DNA of 42,674 bases, taken from IMG/VR virus record IMGVR_UViG_3300033407_000045, positions 1 to 42,674 of that record, one strand, 5' to 3'. Origin of the DNA: a virus (lineage: Duplodnaviria > Caudoviricetes). The position numbers were made by a program, and so were the translations under genes. This document shows, in pieces, positions 35,636 to 42,674 of this stretch. The notes beneath the pieces were generated by a model that was not told the DNA's origin, made no database searches, and worked only from the letters and a program-made list of their open reading frames with translations. How positions within the stretch are numbered: the stretch's first letter is position 1; each line of letters starts with the position of its first letter.

Positions 35636-37296
35636 GGCGCGTCGAGCGGAAGAAGTCCACGTTCATCGAGCGCTGCGGATCCGCGATTGACTCCGTCGTC
35701 GGCGTCTTCTCGCCGCGGAACGCCTTCGTCCGCGAGCGCTACCGTGCGGCGCAGCGGCAGCTCTCGGGATACCGCGGCGCGAGGCGAGATCGACCGCGCT
35801 CCAACTGGGCGCCGGGCTCGGGATCGGCAGACGCTGAGATCCTCGGCGATCTCGAGGAGCTGCGCGACCGCAGCCACGACCTCGCCCGCAACGACCCGCT
35901 GGCGTCGGCGGTCGTGCAGACCATCAACGTCAACACGATCGGTCCGGGGCTCCGCTATCAGTCGCGTGTCGACCGTGACGCGCTCGGGATATCACCTGAG
36001 AGCGCTCGCGCTCTCAACCGCGCGAACGAGCGCGCGTGGAACGCGTGGACGCCGCACGCAGACGCCGCGGGGATTCTCGACTTCGAGGCGATGCAGTCGC
36101 AGATCGACATCTCGATCCTCGTCTCGGGCGAGACCTTCCTGATTCCGCGGATGCTCCGCGAGCCGCGCTGTCCCTACGATCTCCGCCTCCAGGTCGTTGA
36201 GGCGCACCGAGTCGCGACGCCGCCGGAGTTCACGACCGACCCTTACGTCCGTGAAGGGGTCCGGATCGATGAGCGCTACGGCCGCCCGCTCGCGTACTAC
36301 GTGCGGCGCGCACATCCGGGCGAGGAGCGACGGACGCCGGAGGCCGACAGCTGGGAGACCATCCCGGCGTGGAACGAGCGAGCGGGGCGCCCGAACGTGC
36401 TCCACCTCTTCCACCAGACGCGGCCGGGGCAGCACCGCGGCGAGCCGTTCTTTGCACCGGTGCTCAACTACTTCCACGACCTCGATCGTTACCTCGAGGC
36501 AGAGCTCATTGCGTCGCGCGTCGCTGCGTGCTTCGGGCTCATCATCGAGAGCGAGGATCCCGTTGCTGACGCGCTGGCCGCATCCAGCGGCGAAGACGCC
36601 GGCGGCTTACCGATCGAGGAGATGACGCCAGGGATGATCGAGCGCGTGCGCGCTGGATCGAAGGTCACGCAGGTGAACCCGCTCAGGCCCGGTGCGCAGT
36701 TCGATCCGTTCATGGCGCGCGTCACGAAAGCGATCGCATCGGGGCTGGGGCTGCCGGTGCAGCTCGTGCTCAAGGACTTCGCCGGCATGAACTACTCGAG
36801 CGCGAGGACCGCGCTGCTCGAGGCGTGGCGCTACTTCTCGTGCCGGCAGACGTGGTTCGCACGGCGCTTCTGCCGTCCGGTGAATCAGTGGCTGCTCGAG
36901 GAGGCGTGGCTCCGCGGCGCGCTCCCCGTGCGCGATTTCTACCGGCAGCAGGACGCTTACACGCGCTCGGTCTGGATCCCCGCTGCGCGCGGCTGGGTCG
37001 ACCCCGAGAAGGAAGCGACCGCCGCGACGATGCGTGTCACGTCGTACCAGTCGACGCACGCGATCGAGGCGGCGGCGCAGGGGCACGACTTCGAGGAGAT
37101 CCTCGAGCAACGCCGCCTTGAAGAGGAGTTGATTCGCGATGCAGGACTCCCAGCGACTGGAGCCGCAGGTGGCGGCGGAGGTGGCGGAGGCGACGACGGC
37201 GGAGGCGGCCAGCCTCGAGATGCCGACGACGACGAAGCTGAGGATGAAGAAGAACGTGAAGAAGAAGAAGACGATGACGAGCGCTCTGCGGCTTGA
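35632..37296 (+). CDS. Portal protein (lambda family)
   Basis: LRDRSHDLARND, RPGQHRGEP, NYSSAR and WVDPEKE motifs. Gly/acidic tail. Confidence 0.97.
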   Translation: MRRVERKKSTFIERCGSAIDSVVGVFSPRNAFVRERYRAAQRQLSGYRGARRDRPRSNWAPGSGSADAEILGDLEELRDRSHDLARNDPLASAVVQTINVNTIGPGLRYQSRVDRDALGISPESARALNRANERAWNAWTPHADAAGILDFEAMQSQIDISILVSGETFLIPRMLREPRCPYDLRLQVVEAHRVATPPEFTTDPYVREGVRIDERYGRPLAYYVRRAHPGEERRTPEADSWETIPAWNERAGRPNVLHLFHQTRPGQHRGEPFFAPVLNYFHDLDRYLEAELIASRVAACFGLIIESEDPVADALAASSGEDAGGLPIEEMTPGMIERVRAGSKVTQVNPLRPGAQFDPFMARVTKAIASGLGLPVQLVLKDFAGMNYSSARTALLEAWRYFSCRQTWFARRFCRPVNQWLLEEAWLRGALPVRDFYRQQDAYTRSVWIPAARGWVDPEKEATAATMRVTSYQSTHAIEAAAQGHDFEEILEQRRLEEELIRDAGLPATGAAGGGGGGGGDDGGGGQPRDADDDEAEDEEEREEEEDDDERSAA

Positions 37297-37344
37297 GACA
37301 TCTCAAGGGCTCGAGCGTCCGCGCGGCATCGAGGTCGAGCTGAG

Positions 37345-38631
37345 ATGAGCGCTCAGGCGACAACGAGACGCTTCCGCGCGGCGCCATCGCGAGGCATCGA
37401 GAAGGGTAAGCAGGGCGTCGACCGCGAGGCCGGGATCATCTACGGCTATTCGGTCGCGACGACTGGCGAGGCGTCGGGGCACGAGCTCGAGCTCGACGGG
37501 ACGACGCTCGATCAGATCGTCGAGCTCGGCAACCGCCAGAAGCTCGGCGTCAAGTCTCGCTTCGGCCACCCGAAGATGTCGGCGGAGTCGCTCGGCACGT
37601 TCGTCGGTCGATCGAAGAACTTCCGCCGCGATGGCGAGCAGGTCCGCGCCGATCTCCATCTCTCGGCGACGGCCGCGAGCACACCGAATGGCGATCTCCG
37701 CTCCTACGTGCTCGAGCTCGCAGCAGAAGATCCGGACGCCTTCGGCACATCGATCGCGGCCGCGATCTCAGAGGAGTACCGAATCGAACCCGACGGCACG
37801 CCCGCGAAGGATGCAGACGGCGAATACCTCATGCCCCTCGCACGCGTCGAACGACTCTACGCCGTCGACGTCGTCGACGAGCCGGCGGCGAACGAAGGGC
37901 TCTTCGAGGGGCGCAGCTTCTTCTCGGCGGACGTCGGGCTGTCCGCCGATCTCTTGACGCTTCTCGACGCAATGGGCGTCGAGCCGGCCGACGCTGTCTC
38001 GACGCTTCTCGGCTTTCTCGACCGCTACGCGGACTCGGACGAGCGCCGTCAACGTGTCGGCGAATTCCTCGCAACCTTGCGCTCCGAGCTCGACGGCGAC
38101 GACGCCGGCGACGACCCGGAGACTCACTCGCCTGAGGAGGGCGATCCAATGGAATGGAGCGATGTCACGCTCGCGAGTCTCCGGGAGAACCGGCCGGAGA
38201 TCCTCGATGAGCACACGCGCGAGCTCGGCGCGACGGTCGGCGCTGAAGAGCGCACGCGCTGCACGCGAATCGTGAAGGACGCGTCGCAGTTCGAGGGCAA
38301 GCTCGGAAAGCCCGTCTGCGACGTGATCGCACCGGCGATCGAGAAGGGGCTCTCGGCTGAGGCGAGCCTCGCCGCGGTGCAGTCCGTTCGCATCGTTGCG
38401 CTCGAGGCGGGCTCGAAGGAGACGCCGGACGTCGGCCCGAATGGCGATGTCCCGAAGAAGCCGGCGGAGAAGGACCTCTCGCATCTCACCGTCGAGGAGC
38501 GAGCCAAGGCGCAGTGGGAGTCCGACCCCGAGCTGCGTGAGGAGTTCAGTTCGCTCTCGGTCTACACGGCCTTCCTCAAGGCCGACGAGCGCGGCTCGGT
38601 GAAGATCCTCAATCGAAAGAAGGGAGACTGA
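37345..38631 (+). CDS. Head maturation protease-scaffold fusion; nested scaffold start at 38149
   Basis: GEASGH, KSRFGHP, FGTSI and AVDVVDEPAAN motifs. Internal GAGGAGG RBS before in-frame ATG 38149. Confidence 0.75.
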   Translation: MSAQATTRRFRAAPSRGIEKGKQGVDREAGIIYGYSVATTGEASGHELELDGTTLDQIVELGNRQKLGVKSRFGHPKMSAESLGTFVGRSKNFRRDGEQVRADLHLSATAASTPNGDLRSYVLELAAEDPDAFGTSIAAAISEEYRIEPDGTPAKDADGEYLMPLARVERLYAVDVVDEPAANEGLFEGRSFFSADVGLSADLLTLLDAMGVEPADAVSTLLGFLDRYADSDERRQRVGEFLATLRSELDGDDAGDDPETHSPEEGDPMEWSDVTLASLRENRPEILDEHTRELGATVGAEERTRCTRIVKDASQFEGKLGKPVCDVIAPAIEKGLSAEASLAAVQSVRIVALEAGSKETPDVGPNGDVPKKPAEKDLSHLTVEERAKAQWESDPELREEFSSLSVYTAFLKADERGSVKILNRKKGD

Positions 38632-38634
38632 TCC

Positions 38635-39066
38635 ATGGCGGCACTGACCAAGGGCACGCCGCGGACCTTCGATCTCACGCGGCGCGAACAGACGAACACG
38701 CACCCCGTCAAGGCTGCGTCGAAGATCTACCGCGGCTCGGCAGTCGGCGAAGACTCCTCGACAGGCGATGCCCGTGCGCTCGTCGCTCAGGACGTCTTCC
38801 TAGGCTTCGCCGAGGAAGATGCCGACAACTCGGCCGGGGCGGCAGGCGCCGTTGAGGTCGGAGTGCGCGAGTCGGGCTCGATCGTCATCGACGTCACCGG
38901 CGTGAGCTCGAAAGCCAACATCGGCGAGAAGGTCTACGCGGCGAGTGACAACGATTTCACGCTCACCTCGACGTCGAACACGCTGATCGGGAAGGTGCTT
39001 CGGCACGAGTCGGGGACGCGATGCGTCGTCGGCTTCGAGGCCGCCGCGCTCCGGATCGATCTCTGA
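38635..39066 (+). CDS. Capsid decoration/cement protein
   Basis: PVKAASKIYRG, FLGFAEE..DNS and IGEKVYAASD motifs. Immediately upstream of the capsid gene. Confidence 0.75.
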   Translation: MAALTKGTPRTFDLTRREQTNTHPVKAASKIYRGSAVGEDSSTGDARALVAQDVFLGFAEEDADNSAGAAGAVEVGVRESGSIVIDVTGVSSKANIGEKVYAASDNDFTLTSTSNTLIGKVLRHESGTRCVVGFEAAALRIDL

Positions 39067-39083
39067 TCTGAAAGGAAGTCTCG

Positions 39084-40019
39084 ATGCCTCCGCATGCACT
39101 ACGAACGATCTCCTCGCGTGCCGTCATCGGCATGTTCTACGAGGAGCTCGAATCGAACGTCCTCGCCTGGCCGAATCAGATCGGGATGCGCTTTCAGAGC
39201 GACCAGGCTTCCGAAACGTACCCGTGGCTCGGCAACGTCCCGATGCTGCGCCAGTGGAAGGGCCGACGCCAAGCGAAGGAGCTCGCAGAGTTCGGGATCA
39301 CGATCCCGAACCTCGACTTCGAGGCGACCACTCGCTTTCACGTCCACGATCTCGACCGCGACAAGACGGGGCAGATTCGCATCCGCATCGGCGATCTCGC
39401 GGCGCGCGCGAATCAGCACTGGGGATCGCTGCTCTCCACTCTGATTCTCGCGGCCGAATCGCAGGTCTGCTACGACGGCCAGTTCTTCTTCGACATTGAC
39501 CACGTCGAGGGCGACTCGGGCACTCAGTCGAACGACCTGACATTCGACGCTACGACTGCGACGGCGCCGACAGTGGCAGAATTCGCGGACGCCGTGCTCG
39601 CGGCCGTACAGGCCTTCTATGGCTTCAAGGATGACGTCGGCGAGCCGATCAACGAAGGCGCTCGGTCCTTCATCGTGATGGTGCCGGTCCCGTTCTGGGG
39701 CGTTGCGCGGCAAGCGCTCACGCTCGAGGGAATCATCACTCCGAGCGGGGTCAAGCAGAACCCGCTCATGGCCGGCGATCTGTCGTTCGAGCTCGTCGCG
39801 AATCCGCGCCTCACCTGGACGACGAAGTTCTCGCTCTTCCGAGCGGACGGACGCCTCAAGCCCTTCATTCTGCAGGAAGAACTCGACGCGCAGATGAAGG
39901 CCGTCGCCGAGGGCTCGGAGCACGAGTTTTTCGAGAACGAGCACGTCTTCGGCGTGAACGCTTCCAGGAACGTCGGCTTCGGCAAGTGGCAGCACGCGGT
40001 GCTGACGACGTTCACCTGA
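39084..40019 (+). CDS. Major capsid protein (Mu gpT-like)
   Basis: ETYPWLG..PMLRQWKG, FEAT, CYDGQFFFD.DH, KPFILQ and NVGFGKWQHA motifs. Confidence 0.92.
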   Translation: MPPHALRTISSRAVIGMFYEELESNVLAWPNQIGMRFQSDQASETYPWLGNVPMLRQWKGRRQAKELAEFGITIPNLDFEATTRFHVHDLDRDKTGQIRIRIGDLAARANQHWGSLLSTLILAAESQVCYDGQFFFDIDHVEGDSGTQSNDLTFDATTATAPTVAEFADAVLAAVQAFYGFKDDVGEPINEGARSFIVMVPVPFWGVARQALTLEGIITPSGVKQNPLMAGDLSFELVANPRLTWTTKFSLFRADGRLKPFILQEELDAQMKAVAEGSEHEFFENEHVFGVNASRNVGFGKWQHAVLTTFT

Positions 40020-40048
40020 TTCTGATTCTCCGGATCCATCTGTTGGCT

Positions 40049-40111
40049 GGGGCGAGCTTGCGTTCGCGTGAGCTCGTCCCAATTGAACGAAAGGACGAGC
40101 TCACGTGAACG
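40049..40111 (+). promoter_or_regulatory. Alternative RNA hairpins after the capsid gene
   Basis: 40049-62 pairs with 40067-80 around a UUCG loop. Alternatively 40061-79 pairs with 40093-111, covering the SD and GTG of the next gene. Confidence 0.6.
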
Positions 40112-40338
40112 GCCATCTGATTCTCAAGGAAGAGCGCCGCGGCGGCGCTCGGCGCCTGAAAAAGGGCATGAGGCTTGGGAAGCTCCAGTGTAGTCGCGGC
40201 GTCTCGCTCGACGACATCCGCAAGGCTCTCCAGCTCGGACTCATCGAGATCGACGGACCGCAAGGGCCGGACGACGACACGAGCGCGCGCGAGCTCGCGG
40301 CGGCAGGGGCCGGACAAGAAGGGAGCTCAGAGGAGTGA
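40105..40338 (+). CDS. Hypothetical protein
   Basis: AAGGA RBS. GTGA coupling to the next gene. Confidence 0.6.
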   Translation: MNGHLILKEERRGGARRLKKGMRLGKLQCSRGVSLDDIRKALQLGLIEIDGPQGPDDDTSARELAAAGAGQEGSSEE

Positions 40339-40679
40339 GTCTCCGCGACGCGATGAAGCTCGACGCGAAAGCCATCCTCACGGTGGAGGAATTCGGCGAA
40401 GCCGCCACCTTCATCCGCCGTGACGGCTTCGAGCAGGGCCTCGTCGCGATCTTCGCCGAGAAGGGGGAGGACGAGAGCTACACGGCGAGGAACTTCGGCT
40501 CGACGCTCCGCCGCGAGCAACAGCCCTTCGTCGTGCTGCTCTCAGAGAGCGACTTTGCGGAGCTCGACATCGAAGAGCGCCGCGATCGCATTCGGCGTGA
40601 GAAGGACGGGAAGGTCTACACGCTGCTGCGCATCCTCGCGCGTGAGGGTGACGGCTGGATCAGGGTGCACGCCGAATGA
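40335..40679 (+). CDS. Head-tail connector (FII-like)
   Basis: EEFGEAATF motif and synteny. Confidence 0.6.
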   Translation: MSLRDAMKLDAKAILTVEEFGEAATFIRRDGFEQGLVAIFAEKGEDESYTARNFGSTLRREQQPFVVLLSESDFAELDIEERRDRIRREKDGKVYTLLRILAREGDGWIRVHAE

Positions 40680-41164
40680 GCGAGCCGAACGCCGAGAAGA
40701 TCATCTCTCGCATCGTCGCGGCTCTCGAGACGATCTCGAAGCTGAACGGATTCTCGTTCGACTTCCGCGAGGTCCTCCGCGACGACCCAAGAAACGAGAT
40801 CGTGCCGCCGCTCATCATCGTCGGGAACTTGCCCGAGGAGCTCGAGGCGCAAGGCGAGCACGGCTGCGCCTACTACATCTCGCAGCTCGGCGTCGCGATC
40901 CGCGCATACCTCGATGTCGAGCCGGACGATCCGATCAAGCTCGACCGCGCGTACGGACTCGCGAAGCACGACATCCTCCGCGCTGTCGGCTCGGTCGATT
41001 GGAACGACCTCGACGCGTTTCCGCAGTCGATCTCCGCGTCGCCCTTTGATGACGAAGCGGCGCCGGCCGACGCGTTCTGGCAGGGCATCGGCGTCGACCT
41101 CACGATCGAGAACCACCTCGACGTGAAGGGCTTCGACGTCGTCCGCTGGCTGAAGAGAGGCTGA
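40676..41164 (+). CDS. Tail terminator-like protein
   Basis: EKIISRIVAALETISKLNGF N-terminus and synteny. Confidence 0.5.
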   Translation: MSEPNAEKIISRIVAALETISKLNGFSFDFREVLRDDPRNEIVPPLIIVGNLPEELEAQGEHGCAYYISQLGVAIRAYLDVEPDDPIKLDRAYGLAKHDILRAVGSVDWNDLDAFPQSISASPFDDEAAPADAFWQGIGVDLTIENHLDVKGFDVVRWLKRG

Positions 41165-41166
41165 CG

Positions 41167-41718
41167 ATGGCCGCGACGGTAACGATACGAGCGATCGGTC
41201 TCATGCAGCTCGAGCGGCGCATCAAGGCGATCCCCGCGAAGGCGAACGGCGAAGTCAACGTCGGGATGCAGGCGATCGGAACGAACTACTTTCGCCGCTT
41301 CAACAGTCAGCTCGGAATCAAGGTTCGCCGCAAGCGCGCGAAGGCTCAGTCGAGCGGCAAGCGCGGTCGGCCGCGGCCGCGAATCCCTGGGCGACTCCGA
41401 GACCTCGGATTCCGCGGCACGATCGGGCCGCGCGGCCGTATCGACGGGAAGACGCTCACGATGACTTCGCGCTCGGGACACGCGGAGTCGCACGAGTTCC
41501 CGACGACGATCCGACCGAAGAAGACGAGCTCGGGCAAGGGGAGGAAATTCCTCACTCTGATCCGCAAGTCGGGGCGCGGCAAGAAGGGCATCTTCGCTCT
41601 CGTTCCGTTCGTGAGAACGAAAGCGCGGCTCGGTTTCTACAAGACCTGGCGCTCGAGCTCGAGCGACGTCACGACGGCGACCGATCGCATGGCGAAGCGA
41701 CTCGAACGGCTACTCTGA
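41167..41718 (+). CDS. Basic tail completion/neck protein
   Basis: Very basic, HE..TIRPK motif and synteny. Confidence 0.55.
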   Translation: MAATVTIRAIGLMQLERRIKAIPAKANGEVNVGMQAIGTNYFRRFNSQLGIKVRRKRAKAQSSGKRGRPRPRIPGRLRDLGFRGTIGPRGRIDGKTLTMTSRSGHAESHEFPTTIRPKKTSSGKGRKFLTLIRKSGRGKKGIFALVPFVRTKARLGFYKTWRSSSSDVTTATDRMAKRLERLL

Positions 41719-41734
41719 ACGGAGGCTCTCTTCC

Positions 41735-42175
41735 ATGGCAATCGAAGTCAAAGCAGGGCGCCTGATCGTCGTTGAGATCGACCTCAACGACGTCGGCGAT
41801 GGCGTGGGGACTCCGAACTGGGTTCGGATCGCGCAGCAGAACACATCGGGTCTTTCGCGCTCGACGGATCTCTTCGACGCGACGAACAAGGATGACAACG
41901 GCTGGCCGCGCGCAGCCGCAAGTCGAACGCCGTGGAGTTTCTCCTGCGAGGTGAAGCTCGACCCGACCGACCCTGCGTACATCTATCTCGAAACGAAGTG
42001 GCGAGCAAAGCAGCGCGTCTGGGCGCGCTTCAATGCGACCGACGCAGCGATCGGCGGATCGATTCGTTTCGGGCAGGTCTGGATCGCGACCTTCGACGAG
42101 GACGCTCCCGAGGGCGACGCGTACGTGGCGACGCTCGAGCTCCAGGGAGACGGCGAGCTCAAGAACGCAGCCTAA
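41735..42175 (+). CDS. Tail tube (major tail) protein
   Basis: DATNKDDNGW, WSFSCE and ELQGDGEL motifs. GGAGG RBS. Confidence 0.85.
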   Translation: MAIEVKAGRLIVVEIDLNDVGDGVGTPNWVRIAQQNTSGLSRSTDLFDATNKDDNGWPRAAASRTPWSFSCEVKLDPTDPAYIYLETKWRAKQRVWARFNATDAAIGGSIRFGQVWIATFDEDAPEGDAYVATLELQGDGELKNAA

Positions 42176-42189
42176 GGGAGAGAACTTCG

Positions 42190-42534
42190 ATGGCCATCGT
42201 AGCAACGCAAGAGATCGTCCACGCGGGGCTGAGCCCGACCTACACGGCGATGGGCGCCGCCGGCGACGAGGTCGCCTGCATCGACGACCGCATGATGCTC
42301 CACGTCAAGAACGCTGACACGGGGGCTCACACAGTGACGATCGACTCGAAGGTGCCGTGCAACCAGGGGAACGACCACGACATCGCAGTCTCGGTCCCCG
42401 CCGGCGGCGAGCGGCTCATCGGGCCGTTCCCGACGGCGCGGTTCCGCAACGCGAGCGGCCGCATCGACATCTCCGTCGACGACGAGACGGATATGACTTT
42501 CGCCGCCTTCCACCTCTCGCAACAGGGCGTCTGA
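42190..42534 (+). CDS. Hypothetical virion protein
   Basis: LHVKN...HTVTIDS...VPAGGERLIGPF..RF pattern. GGGAG RBS. Confidence 0.7.
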   Translation: MAIVATQEIVHAGLSPTYTAMGAAGDEVACIDDRMMLHVKNADTGAHTVTIDSKVPCNQGNDHDIAVSVPAGGERLIGPFPTARFRNASGRIDISVDDETDMTFAAFHLSQQGV

Positions 42535-42553
42535 CGCCCGGAAAGGCCAACAG

Positions 42554-42674
42554 ATGGACACGGTTCCCATTCGCTCCGGAGACGATGTCTACCACCTCAG
42601 GTTTACGACGCGCGCAGTGCTCCAGGCGGAGTTCGCGCTCCGCAAGTCGGCGGCCGAGATCCGCATCGATCTCG
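42554..42674 (+). CDS. Tail assembly chaperone, 5' part (runs off the end, continues at the window start)
   Basis: AAAGG RBS, MDTVPIRSGDDVYHLRFTTRAVLQAE..., no stop before the end. Confidence 0.75.
   Translation, partial: MDTVPIRSGDDVYHLRFTTRAVLQAEFALRKSAAEIRIDL

Noticed and set aside
37160-37290. GGC/GAA low-complexity runs at the portal 3' end
   Set aside because: Encode an ordinary disordered Gly/acidic tail.

Overview
This window appears to be a complete, circularly permuted ~42.67-kb high-GC temperate tailed-phage (siphovirus-like) genome. The last 8 nt (CGATCTCG) repeat the first 8 nt, and collapsing them restores one tail-assembly-chaperone ORF. Modules in order: tail (TAC/frameshift, tape measure, beta-helix tailspike, tail tip and fibre genes; 1-9.5 kb); a divergent RHH regulator plus accessory operon (9.5-13.3 kb); a short tyrosine integrase and RHH repressor (13.3-14.5 kb); an attP matching a tRNA-Sec 3' end (14677-14697); an early recombination/replication operon (RuvC-like, Cas4/AddB-like nuclease, Bet-like, Rad50/SbcC-like, DUF1376-like initiator with internal iterons, degenerate DnaC; 14.7-24.3 kb); a stranded type IV CRISPR Csf3/Cas5-like ORF; a candidate u-spanin and gene remnants; an accessory virion/lectin cluster (25.9-32.4 kb); a lambda-like cos, terminase, portal and gpW paired with a Mu gpT-like capsid; and neck and tail-tube genes. 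Most notable: (i) attP sits between the main rightward promoter and the early operon, suggesting an integration/excision-operated switch with an arm-less integrase and only RHH repressors; (ii) a solo Csf3-like protein; (iii) mutually exclusive RNA hairpins after the capsid gene; (iv) a 964-aa signal-peptide protein containing an embedded paralog of a stand-alone virion gene. All protein family calls come from motif recognition by eye, not database searches.
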